From Cladosporium halotolerans (taxonomy: Eukaryota): DNA of 64,000 nt. Numbering within the stretch: the first letter of the stretch is position 1; every line of letters starts with the position of its first letter. Where the stretch lies: assembly GCF_011745625.1 (NCBI RefSeq), contig NW_027191466.1:186001-250000 (forward strand), written 5' to 3'. Positions 1 through 11,314 of the stretch are shown one piece after another. The notes beneath the pieces are model-generated. The model ran no database searches. It had not been told where the DNA came from and saw nothing but the letters and a program-made list of their open reading frames with translations. Both the position numbers and the translations under genes were made by a program.

Positions 1-26
1 AAGCTGTCATGCAAAGTGGAGCCTAG

Positions 27-36
27 ATGGTGCCAT
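27..36. promoter_or_regulatory. Candidate CYS3/MetR (sulfur-starvation bZIP) site ATGGTGCCAT
   Basis: Exact match to ATGRYRYCAT 160 bp upstream of the monooxygenase ATG. A one-mismatch copy (TTGGTGCCAT) lies at 2630-2639, upstream of the next gene. Confidence 0.4.
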
Positions 37-195
37 GTTGTCAACTGGATCTTCCTCAGAACGGGCTGCGGTCAGCAAATCAACGTAACAGACATCGACT
101 GCCACCCGTATCCGCCTATTCTGCCAATCTTCATCTGTTCAATATTTACTTGGCCGAGACCTGCAGATTCCCCTGCACAGAAAAAAGGGTTCATC

Positions 196-2206
196 ATGGG
201 CGAAGCAGTCGATCTCCCCGCTGCCACGCATTTCGGCGAAGGCAACGTCAACGCTCCAGGGCCAACGATAGATTTGGTCGCCCAGGATGATCTGCCTGCT
301 ACGAAGAAGCCCGAAGATGATGATGATTGGGACTATCCTTATCCCACCGACTTCAAGATCCGAGAACGCGCCATTGACGACATAAGGCCACTGAAAGTGA
401 GCATGAGCCAGCGGAATCGATGGTGCTGAGATATATTACTGACGATTCTAGGTCGCTGTGATAGGCGCTGGCATTTCCGGTATTACTGCCGGCGTCCTCC
501 TCCCAATCAAAGTGCCTGGAATCCAGTTGACCATTTTCGACAAGAATAGCGATGTTGTGCGTACACGACACCCCGCTCAGAATCTGGTGAAATCCTCACT
601 AATTCAGGACTACAGGGCGGCACATGGGTCGAAAACATCTATCCAGGTGTTCGGTGCGACATTCCTTCTCATTGCTACCAATCGACATATTCGCCCAACG
701 TCAATTGGTCCGAAGAATACGCGCAAGGCCACGAAATCAGAAACTACTGGCAGTCCGTGGCGAGGAAGTTTAACGTCCATTCCAAGTGCCGCTTCCGCAC
801 CAAAGTCAACTCCGCTCAATGGGATGCCGACAAGTCAAAATGGATCTTGAACGTCTTAGATATTGAAGCAGCTACAACTGCAGACTCCGAGTTTGACTTC
901 ATCATCACGGCAAATGGACATTTCAACGAGTGGAAGATGCCAAGTTATCCTGGCATCGAAACCTTTAAAGGGCATATTCGCCACTCTTCAAATTGGGATC
1001 CGAACTTTGACCCCAACGGCAAACGCATCGCTACAATCGGCAATGGCGCCTCGGGCATCCAAGTCACGACCGCTCTGCAGAAACAAGCAGCTCACGTAGA
1101 CCACTACGCGCGTAACAAGACTTGGATTGCTGGATCATTCAACCCCAGTCAGAGAGAACGTCAAGAAACTGCCATGCCGTTCTCGGAGCAGCAGCTCAAG
1201 GACTTTCAGGATCCCGAAAAGTACCTCGCATTTAGAAAGCAGCTGGAGGGTAGCTTCTTTCGTCGATTCGAAGCCATTCTACGAGACTCGGAGACCACCC
1301 GCATCGGTGCCGACCGCTTCAAACAGATTATGCGCGAGAGGCTTGGTGACGATGCGGAGCTTCTGGAGAAGATGGTGCCTGACTTCCCTCCTTTCTGTCG
1401 TCGACTGACACCTGGTCCTGGATATCTCGAAGCCATCACGAAGGACAATCTTACTTTCATCCAAGATCCAATTGATCACTTCACGGAAACTGGCATCGTA
1501 ACCAAGGACGGCGTTCATCGTGAAGTCGACGCGGTGATTTGCTCCACGGGTGCCAACGTGGACTTTGCACCACCTTTCCCGATCGTGGCCGGCGAGTACG
1601 ATCTTTCTCGTGACTGGAAGCCAGACGGCAAGTTTGGTTTCCCATACACATACCTTGGCCTTTTCACGCCGAACTTCCCCAATTGTGCTTACATCCTTGG
1701 CCCGCATCCTCCGGGTACTTCGGGCACAGTCCCTCACGGTAAGTTTGAAAAGCTACATGGAAATTCCGACGAGTAGCTAATCGCCCACAGGCGCCGAGAC
1801 GCAAACCACATACATTGCCAAACTTCTCCGCAAGATCTCCTCGCAAGGTATCCGCACAATGACCCCCTCAAAGCGTGCCACAGACGACTTCGTGGCCTAC
1901 TGTGACGCTTTCTTCCCTCGCACCAACATGAGCCGCAAGTGCAGTTCCTGGTACAACGGCGGAAGACCTGGAGCACGCATTCACGGCGTGTGGCCGGGCA
2001 GCGCGTCGCACTTGACTCGTGTCTTGAGAGAGCCGAAGTGGGAGGACTTTGAGTACACGTACGAGAAGGGAGAGAATCGCTTTGGCTTCCTTGGTAACGG
2101 CTGGACTCTGAAGGAACAAGATCCTGATAGTGATCTTACTCCGTGGCTGCGCTTGGAGAGTGAGAATGATCTCAAGGACCTACATGAGAGGTGGTGGGAT
2201 CTCTAG
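196..2206 (+). CDS. Flavin-containing / Baeyer-Villiger-type monooxygenase; exons 196-396, 452-556, 616-1738, 1791-2206
   Basis: Spliced protein has VAVIGAGISG (FAD Rossmann), GGTWVENIYPGVRCD, BVMO fingerprint FKGHIRHSSNW (FxGxxxHxxxW) and IGNGASG (NADPH). Three GT-AG introns with branch sites keep frame. Confidence 0.92.
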
Positions 2207-2870
2207 AACTCCAGAGTAACTGAAAATAGCGAGATCATATATGCATAGACATCCTATAGACCTTCATACAAAACAAGTTGCACCTTGGGCCTGCAAAAAG
2301 TCCGTGCAGGACGGATTCACAAGACGGCGAGCTCGCTTTGCTATCATCCATGTTCAAGCGCCTAGATGCCTGGAACCTGAGGTCTTGCTAGGGGAACATG
2401 ATGCATACAATAGGTGGGGGAAGCCAGGATCCGTCCGCACTTGGGCGTGTCTTTGGCGTCCAAACTTCTCGCCATCTTCCTCCATCGTTATCGCATTGTC
2501 CTCAGCGCGCAGACGTCGGGCACGAGTTACACGTGGCTATGAGGCGATAAGAGTAATAATAATGCTAAAGTAGGGCATGCGTTGGTGCGCAAGACGTGCG
2601 AGCACGCCACAGCGCCCGCTTGACGTGCTTTGGTGCCATCCACTAGGGTACAGGTAGGTTCCGAGGCCGCGCCCACGAATGGTGCATGTCAGCACGCAGG
2701 TGAGGTATCTGAATCTTTCTAGAAAATTTTCCTATTTACTCGGAAGAGTATTCCTCCCTGCCCGTCGCGTTGCTCTTCACGAGCCTTCTTTTACCTTGCA
2801 GCAAGACACATAGCTTGCAGACATCCCTTGCAACGAGGCCATTCCAAGCTATTGAGATACTGCGGACAGA

Positions 2871-4377
2871 ATGGGATCGACGACGGCGCAAGATGGGTGC
2901 AAGCCATGGATCATGAATGCCTTCGCGATGACAGCACCTGGTCACTTGGCACCAGGTAAGTCTCCATGGAAAATGAGGCACCAGGTACTCTGTGTTGACT
3001 GAAAGAGACAAGGCCTCTGGAGACACCCAGCCCAGGAGAAGCAGACCTTAGACCACTGGGTCCGCCTGGCCAAATTCCTTGACGAGAACGGCTTCCATGG
3101 CATCTTTTTTGCGGACGTCCTAGGGATCTACGACGTCTACAATGGAGACGGCCCAGCTCTCAAATCAGGTGCTCAAGTGCCAATCCTCGATATCAGTCTT
3201 CTAGTATCTGCTCTAGCACACGCGACGAAGAACATCTCATTTGGCATTACGGCATCCACTACCTATGAGAATCCGTACGCATTGGCAAGAAAATTTGCTA
3301 CTCTTGATCACATCACGAATGGACGTGTCGGCTGGAATATCGTCACAAGCTACCTTGAGAGTGCTGCGAAGTCGTTCGGCCTCGAAAAGGGTATCGAGCA
3401 CGATGAGCGGTACAAGATCGCAGACGAATTTCTGGAAGTTGTGTACAAGTTGCTAGAGGGCAGCTGGCAAGATAGTGCCGTTGAGGCGGATAAGCAGAGC
3501 GCTGTTTGGACGAACCCTGACAAGGTCAGAAAGATCAATCACATTGGGTAAGTGTATCTGTGACCAGTACATCAAGCTGAGAGATCCTGACAAGTCGCAG
3601 CAATACTTCAAGTGCGCTGGTCCCAACATCGTCGACCCTTCGCCGCAACGGACGCCTTTCTTGCTTCAAGCAGGCGCATCTAAAGCCGGGAAAGATTTTG
3701 CCGCAAAGCACTCAGAAGCAATGTTTCTTCCCGGCATGATTCCCAAAAAGACAGCGCAAGTTGTGCAGGATACGAGGGCGCTGCTTCGCGAGCTCGGAAA
3801 GCCCGATGATAGCGTCAAATTCATCGCTGGCATTTTCATCGTCGTGGATGAGACGGACGAGAAGGCGCAGGAGAAGTTCAACGATCTCCTACAGTATGCC
3901 GACCTCGAGGGCACGGCCTCGCTGTTCGGAGGTTGGACCGGGACAGATCTCTCCAAGCTCTCTGACGACGAGGACTTTACTTTCAACGCCAAGGTGCCGG
4001 CTATCCAGTCGTTCATCAGTTCATGGACAGAGTCGGTCCCTGGCACTGGTGGCGTCAAGTGGACAAAGAAGCTAGTGCTGCAGCATTTGGCAGTCTCCGG
4101 TGCTCACCCACGTGCTATTGGTAGCCCAACGAAGGTCGCGAATATCTTGGAGCAATGGGTTGAAGAAGCGGGTGTCGATGGTTTCAACATTAGCTATGCC
4201 ACTACTCCAAGCACTTTCGAAGACCTGGTCAAGTACCTGTGGCCTGAGCTGCGCAATAGAGGCGTTCTGCAAAAACAGTATGCTGGCTCGACCATGCGAG
4301 AGAACTACCTGCAGGATGGCAAAGGTCCGAGGGCCAGAGATTGGCATCCGGCGAGGGAGTACACATGGAGTGGCTGA
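2871..4377 (+). CDS. Luciferase-like (LLM) flavin-dependent monooxygenase, NtaA/DszA/SnaA family; exons 2871-2955, 3013-~3547, 3601-4377 (second junction has a frame problem)
   Basis: MNAFAMTAPGHLAPGLWRHP, GIFFADVLGIYDVY, TASTTYENPYALARKFATLDHITNGRVGWNIVTSY, PSPQRTPFLLQAGAS, GVDGFNI and PELRNRG are typical NtaA/DszA motifs. Confidence 0.9.
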
Positions 4378-4783
4378 CTTGCCCAAGCCTGCCAACAGAT
4401 CCCGTTCGGCTCGACTATTGTCCAGCGGCAGTACCTTGTCTTAGGAAGCAGCGCCAAACGGTCCACAATGTGACGACGATCTTGTTCTTTCTTGATCCCC
4501 CGCATGATTTCCCCACGTTTTGTCCCCACAATCTCCTCTTCTACCACCCGCATCGTGGAGTCGATAGAGTCAATGAAACATACCACATGCTGGGCCTGCG
4601 TGTCATGCAGATCGATGCCTGCTGCAGATTGCCGGCCAACTATCTGCGGGCTTTCGCTGGCGTATATCCGAGCGGCTGCAATGATGACCCGAAGCGGTCT
4701 GTATATCTCTTGCCCCTCCCTTCCACCTCAATGTTCATGTCCTTTGTCCCTCACTCGATACAATAGCGATATCCGATCAAAAG

Positions 4784-6498
4784 ATGATGGATGAGACCAA
4801 GAAAGAAGACGTTCTCCAGCTGGAGAACGCCAGCGATACACTGGTAAAATCACCCGCAAAAGAGTCGGCCATGCGGTACAGACTACTGATACTCTGTAGG
4901 ACAAAGATGCAGCACAAGCCGAACACAACTCATGGCTGAACGATAAGCCACGAGCAGCCAGGCTCCGACGAAAGATGGATCTGCGTATCCTTCCCCTCTG
5001 CGCTTGGATGTATTTGCTCAACTATCTTGACCGCGGCAACATTGGCAACAGCAAGCTGCTCAACTCTGAGACGGGTGATTCGCTCATCCAGCAGACCAAC
5101 ATGACCAATCTCGAGTATGCCATTGCAGTCTCCCTCTTTGCCGTTGCATACGCCGTCTTTGAAGTGCCATCCAACTGGATCATGAAGCGCTACGTTCGGC
5201 CGTCAAGATGGCTAGCAACATTGCTACTGTGCTGGGGCCTTTTCACCATCGGTTTCGCTGGAGTGCAGAACTTTGCTCAAGTGACGATTCTGCGCTTCTT
5301 CATCGGCGTTTTCGAAGCAGGTTTCTTCCCAGGTGAGAGACTGTCTGAAGTAGCTGCAATTGTCAAGCACTGACGTCTTCCAGGTATCATCTTTTTGATC
5401 ACATTCTGGTACCCCGTCGAGGAACGCTCGGTCCGCATCGCCTTCGTGTTGGCATCAGCAACTGCTGCAGGTGCTTTCGGCGGGTGTATCGCCTATGGTG
5501 TCGGCCACATGAACGGTGCCGCAGGTCTCGAAGGATTTCGCTGGTTGGTAAGTACCTCGTGTATACGCCGCGGTCTGTTGCAATAGCTCGACATGGAAGG
5601 ATACTTCCATGAACAAAAGCTAATAGATGCGCGTTCTCAGTTCATCATCGAGGGCCTGATCACCGTTTTCTGCACAATACTGACGCTTTACTGCCTTCCG
5701 GACTATCCTTCCCGGGCTAATTTCCTTACCGAAGACGACAAGAAATTCATCGAGGCGCGTATTGCAGTCAAAGGAGGCGGATACACCAACGAGCATGCAT
5801 CAAGACGGGAAGTCTTGGAGACATTCTTCGGCCCAAGGATGCTGGCGCATTATCTGGCGTATATCTGCAATTGCGTGCCTTTGGGTTCGCTCACATTCTT
5901 CACGCCGCAAATCGTCAACGGCTTGGGTTTCTCCTCGATTAGAGCGCAGCTGATGACAGGTGATTGCCCTCTTATCCTGGCATGGCCAATTTTGTGCTGA
6001 CAAGATCTATCAGTGCCACCATGGGTTTGTGGCTACTTCGTCTGCCTTTTCCTCGGATGGAGCGCAGATCGCACCAACGCTCGCGGTTGGCATGTCACCG
6101 TGAGCTCAACGATTGGAGGTATCGGATGGCTCACAGCCGGACTCTTGCCAGCCGACGCATACACCGCAAGATACGGCTGCCTGTTTCTTTGCGCTTGCGG
6201 AGCGTTTCCCAGCTCCGGTCCTCTGAGTGCGTGGGTGACTTGCAACGTGCCATCTATCGTCACCATGGGTATTGCAGCGGCAATGAACAACAGCGGCGCT
6301 GGCGTAAGTCAGGTTATCGCACAGTGGATCTGGATTACGGGTGAGCGTGAGAGCGGGTACCCGACAGGCAACTTTACTTGCGCTGCGTGCAGTTTTGCCA
6401 CCGCGTTGCTGGCGTTTGGTCTTCGTTTGTGGTATGGTCGCATGAACGCTATTGGTGCAACAGATGCCAGGGGCAATAAGCGAACCTGGATGCTGTAG
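4784..6498 (+). CDS. MFS transporter, anion:cation symporter (Dal5/Tna1-like); exons 4784-4843, 4900-5332, 5384-5547, 5641-5959, 6014-6498
   Basis: KMDLRILP, YLDRGNIGN, FEVPSNW, RFFIGVFEAGFFPG, WRWL-like FRWLFIIEG, LPDYP. Four canonical introns keep frame. Confidence 0.92.
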
Positions 6499-6883
6499 AG
6501 CACAAGACTTTGGCTCGCGCGACACTCAGACACTCAATGAAGATGTCGCTTCAACAACGACAAATATACAATAGAATGGCTTGCTTGAACCTGTGTAAAA
6601 GTGGTCCAAACCAGAGTATGATCGATATGTGCTATCGCGCTTGTCTCATTTGGTTAGGTGCAGAGTCGTATCCAGTCTCCAAATGACCGGTCTGGAGCTG
6701 GACGATGTCGGCACAAGTCAACTGTGACGGACCTCATCTCGATCATCTGCCTTTGCACGTCCTGTGTGCAGAGGGAATAATGCATGCTAAGGATCTCAAG
6801 AGTCGGTTTATTCAGTTGGCACGTTGGCTCGACATCAGACTCGGAGGTATCTGCTCAATGATGTCTTTTCATTTTGATATCCT

Positions 6884-7609
6884 TCAATTCCATCTCACGC
6901 CAAACAATCTTCCTCCTGATTTGGATAAGCCCGACGATAGACCGTCAGCATTTACCAAGTAGTGTCGTTGGTGTCCTGGCACATCAAGTGCAAGTGTTCT
7001 GTATTCAAAGTCTTTCTCGCCAGGGGCCTTGGTCATGTGCAGGTTCACAGTGCCATGGGCCGCCGGTCCTTCGACGTAGAAGTGCATGTGCAAGTGTTCA
7101 ACACCAGTCCTGTCCGTCTCAATTCTGCTTGCAATTGTCCTGTTCCTGGCCCAGCGGCTATGTGACGGCTCGCCGTGCGCCGTGATCTCGCGCTTCGTGT
7201 GCATTCCCTCGCCGGCCAGAATCTCGATACATTTGGGGTCCTTGCGGACGCGATCTGCTGACCGGTTGAATACGGCGGTCTTGCTGTCTGTGCTGAAGAC
7301 CTCGAGGTAGAGGACTGTGAAGACGCCGGCTGTTGCTGCGATACCGACAAGGACGAGTCCGAGGTTGAATGTCTGCTGTGTTGTCCGGGCGGCCTTTTCG
7401 CCAAGCGACAGACTCTCCCAGGGTACGCGGCCGGTGTCGTTTACGACTGTGACGGATCTCCTCTTGGGCGTAGGCGGAGCGTTTGGAATTGAGGACTGGG
7501 TCGCGAGGCGGGCATTAAGAGGCGCTGCTGGGGCGATTGCTGGGCGGAAGCCGGCGCGGAAGACGAACAGAGGCGAGGTGAGCCTCAACGGAGCCATCTT
7601 GGCAGCCAT
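6884..7609 (-). CDS. TIM21: Mitochondrial import inner membrane translocase subunit Tim21
   Basis: Arg-rich presequence-like N-terminus, W..LSLGEKAARTTQQTFN followed by a TM helix, AHGEP..SRWARNR, EHLHMHFYVEGP. Single exon. Confidence 0.9.
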   Translation of the reverse strand: MAAKMAPLRLTSPLFVFRAGFRPAIAPAAPLNARLATQSSIPNAPPTPKRRSVTVVNDTGRVPWESLSLGEKAARTTQQTFNLGLVLVGIAATAGVFTVLYLEVFSTDSKTAVFNRSADRVRKDPKCIEILAGEGMHTKREITAHGEPSHSRWARNRTIASRIETDRTGVEHLHMHFYVEGPAAHGTVNLHMTKAPGEKDFEYRTLALDVPGHQRHYLVNADGLSSGLSKSGGRLFGVRWN

Positions 7610-7871
7610 CTTCACACAGAGGGCTTGGTGAGAATGCAGAGGGTGTCTGTTTTGACCGTCTTGTGTTATTAGGTCTCCGAAGCTTTGAGCTCTGCAAGCG
7701 TGAGGAGGGACGTCATTCGCGATTGGCCCGGGCTCACTCCCGACAACATTGCATCGGCGCATCTTCGACGCAAGACCATTTTCAAGTTTGTTACAAGGCA
7801 GAACCATGCAGATGGTATGTATGGTATCTTTATACCCGTGTATCCTATACGACGCCCCGTACTTCCCGCTA

Positions 7872-9352
7872 TCACTCGCTATGGACACCCTCAAACTTGT
7901 TCTTCTCCTGCTCCCTGAACTTCCTGACCACCTGGCGAGTGGCATAGTAACTGAAAGGCAGCGCGAAGAACCACAATCCGCAATTGATGCTAGCAGTGGC
8001 AATCAGAGGGGTCGGTATTGCCTGAACGCCGAAGCCGATGCAGACTGCCGCCGTCTCGATGCCGCGCAGCAAAGAGCTGTATCTGATCTGGTCCCCCGGA
8101 GAATCGGAGAGATTGGAGATACACCAATAGATGTAGTTTTCCACCATTGACACACTGACGCGCTCGAACACATATAATCCAAAGCCTCGCCCAAAGGTCG
8201 ATTGATTACTCCAATCTAGCACGGGCTTGGTGTACCGAAACTCATTCTGGATATAGACTGCCCATATCCACGAGCCGCTGTTGAGCGAGGCGATTATGAC
8301 ATAAGTGACTATTGCTCGGGTCTGGCGGCTTTTAACCCATGGCACATCGACAAGTATTCCACTAAGCCAGGTGCCAAGTGTACCGCTGAAAGCGAACATG
8401 AGGCTGCCTAGAGCGCGCGACCGGACGGTGAAGTAGGTCGCCAAGTAGGTTCCAGGATATGCCTGGCACCAGCCATAGTACCAGAAGAGTGGGACGAGCA
8501 GAAGTATCGATCTGCTTCTCATCAGACGCCACATCTCTCGCAGCTCGACCCTCCAGTTGATTCCTCTTGGCGCTTCAATACGGGTGCCGTCGTCCCTAAT
8601 CACCTTCCCTGGGTTTGAAAGTAGCAATCCGATGAAGAATCCCAGGCATTGAATTGCGATGAAGGCCAGGTACGTCTGATACCCGACAGATCCAGACTCC
8701 GTCCTATCCACGTTCAAGGCAAGCGAGATGGAGCCCCCGACAACGTTGCCAAAATTTCTGAATGTAAACCATGTGGCAACGTACCTTCCTCTCTTGTGGC
8801 TCTCTGGGTAGCCTGTGGCTATGGCGCCTTCTACACTCCAGAACCATCCGGCGCTTATGCCGCAAGCAACCGCGCCAAAGTAGACGAACCATGTCGCGCC
8901 AGTCTTGTTGTTGACGTACAATCCAGCAGCATAGAGAGGGTAACCGATGGAGCCAATCGCCAGCGTCCAGCGAAATCCAATAATATTGGTTAGCCATGGT
9001 CCAGAAAAGCAAGTGACTGTCATAAAGGCGTAGAGCAGAGCATTGGCCGCATTAACAAGGTCAGGACTTTGCGAGCCACCAACTCCGAGACCATTCATGG
9101 CGTTCCATATCTACGAGCGGATAAGTATCTGCGAGTCGCAACGACATCTAATGAACTTACTCCAGGCGCGCAAAAAGCACATGAGCCAACGACGAGGATC
9201 TGAAACAGAGTGCTTCGGAAGAACGGTACATGACCTTTCGCCACGTGGTGAGTCGCGCTATTCTCTGAAGATCGTTCCGGCGAAGTGTTTTGGAGCTCGA
9301 CATCATATCCAGGTGGCTCTTTGCTTTCCAGTACTGGTTGATTGGATGCCAT
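7872..9352 (-). CDS. MFS transporter, UNC-93-like family; exons 9352-9161, 9110-7872
   Basis: FFRSTLFQILVVGSCAFCAPG|IWNAMNGLGVGG, WSVEGAIATGYPE..KRG and about 12 hydrophobic segments. Intron 9111-9160 is GT-AG. Confidence 0.9.
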
Positions 9353-9925
9353 GACGATGCTGTATCTGCAACCGTGTCGAAAAGCACGTGCAATCAAGGA
9401 TGTTTGATGAAAAACGTCTCGTCTATCGAAACCTGACACTCGAAACGACTCTTCATAAGCCGAAGAGGGTTCGCTCGATGAGCAGGCCAATTAGCCGAAA
9501 AATGGTCAAGCACGCCATGTCGGTTGAGTTTTCGAAATGCATGGCAGATATATGACGATCCACCGCCATCGATGCCGATCTCTCAAAAGTAGTGAGAGGT
9601 ATCTGAATTGCCAATGCCGCTGACTATGCGATGATCTCCTGTTCCCCACAGCCCACGTCAAGGAGGTTGCGCCCGAGGTTATCAGTCTCTGCTCCTTTGA
9701 GTTGTGAGAAACATTGTGGAGTCGACTTTCACAACCCCTCCTCATCGCTTTCCCACGTCACATGTTTTGTCAGCCGTGCCTGCCTGCACATGATTGCAGC
9801 TCCGACGCAGCGACAAGCTGCGCGCTAAGGTGGCTTTTGCTGAGCTTTGGTCGCACTAGAAAAGGTGTTTCCTGAAAGAAGTCGTGCTCTGATGACGCTC
9901 TTGTCGTATTTCCATACTAACCATC

Positions 9926-11137
9926 ATGGCCGCTGCGAGCGACCCATCTCATGCTCATACTATAGCGCTACCGTCAAAGGCGATTGCACCCGGGCGGGCG
10001 ATCAAGTTCGAAGCATTTGACCTGCCAGAAACTAATCAGAAGAAGCTCGGCCTACCTCACTTGCCAGGCACTATAAGTCCTCTCGCCCTACGGCTGGCGG
10101 AGGCCGACCCTACAAGTGTCGAGCTTGATGCAGTGGTCAACACGATCAAGACTTTGCAAGCACAAGATAGCTTCCTTACCAAGAAATTGGCCGTTCACGG
10201 GACTCTTCTCTTCCGAGGCTTGCCCATCCGTGATGCTCACGATTTCAGCAAGTTTGCCCATGCCTTTGGATACAGACCCCACGAAATCATTGGGATCGTG
10301 GTCGACAGGCCGTTACTGGCACCCAATAAAGGACCAGCGAATGAATCACCCAAAGACGTATTGGTCTACAACCATAACGAGTCGCCTCAGGTCCCCTATG
10401 CACCAGAATACATCTTCTTCTACAGCCACAAAGCACCCAAAAGTGGCGGCGAATCTCCAATCTCCTCTTCGCTCGAGCTGTTCCACCGAGCTCAAAAAGA
10501 GATGCCCGAATTTATCCATGAGTTGGCGGAGAAAGGCATCCTTAGCAAAGTCACTTACAAAGTCGACCAGCAGTACAAAGGAGGCTCAACCCTCAAGCAA
10601 GCATTTGGAAAGCTTGTCGAACCCGGCGATGACGAGGCCACAAGGCGATTAAAGGTGGAGGCCCAGATCAGCAGGTATGGCCGCGGGAAGCACACAACCT
10701 GGGAATGGACTGACGACGGCGGCCTGGTCCTGACGCACCGCTTGCCTGCGATCCGCACTCAGCCACAAACTGGCTTACCGACTCTCTTCACAGGCCTAGC
10801 TGCGTATTATAAAAACGCAAAGGTCAATGGAGCTGGGCGGAACATCACGCAGCAACTTTACGGCGACGGTACACTAATCCCCGAAGAGTATCTGGCGGGC
10901 CTGGCGAGGATCACAGATGACATTCGTGTCTTGCATAAGTGGCATCAGGGTGATGTCCTGGTGTACGATAATGTTATTGCACAGCATGGGAGGGAGCCTT
11001 GGCAAGGGGAGCAGGAGGATCGGGTTATCATGGCGAGCTTGTTCGATGGCAATCAAGTTCCCGGGGCATACAATGATGCGGATTGGGCGCAAGTTGTGCA
11101 GGCGCTTGATGATGATGCCGTAGGTGCTGCGGCATGA
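9926..11137 (+). CDS. TauD/TfdA (clavaminate-synthase-like) Fe(II)/2-oxoglutarate dioxygenase
   Basis: HGTLLFRG, YNHNE (HxE iron ligands), GGESPI, WHQGDVLVYDN...HGREPW (distal His). Intronless, 403 aa. Confidence 0.9.
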   Translation: MAAASDPSHAHTIALPSKAIAPGRAIKFEAFDLPETNQKKLGLPHLPGTISPLALRLAEADPTSVELDAVVNTIKTLQAQDSFLTKKLAVHGTLLFRGLPIRDAHDFSKFAHAFGYRPHEIIGIVVDRPLLAPNKGPANESPKDVLVYNHNESPQVPYAPEYIFFYSHKAPKSGGESPISSSLELFHRAQKEMPEFIHELAEKGILSKVTYKVDQQYKGGSTLKQAFGKLVEPGDDEATRRLKVEAQISRYGRGKHTTWEWTDDGGLVLTHRLPAIRTQPQTGLPTLFTGLAAYYKNAKVNGAGRNITQQLYGDGTLIPEEYLAGLARITDDIRVLHKWHQGDVLVYDNVIAQHGREPWQGEQEDRVIMASLFDGNQVPGAYNDADWAQVVQALDDDAVGAAA

Positions 11138-11314
11138 GATGCCGGCATTTATCTCAAAGTAAGGCCGTTTTGGGCCGATCGACTTCTCATCGTCGCGTTC
11201 GACGATCTTAACAGCGCCTTGAATCTGGTCTAACGAAGGCTTCAGTGCTCATGCTATGATCAGTAATGGAAATATTGGTTCGGACAATACTCTTGTTTAG
11301 GTGATCAACCCCAT

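Noticed and set aside
4375..4473. TGA-CT stop context of the LLM monooxygenase as a possible readthrough-derived peroxisomal signal
   Set aside because: Context is TGA CTT, not TGA CTA, and the extension ends in STM, not a PTS1.
7610..8002. 131-codon N-terminal extension of the TIM21 ORF overlapping the MFS gene
   Set aside because: Non-ATG ORF-finder start. The extension overlaps another CDS and would bury the presequence.
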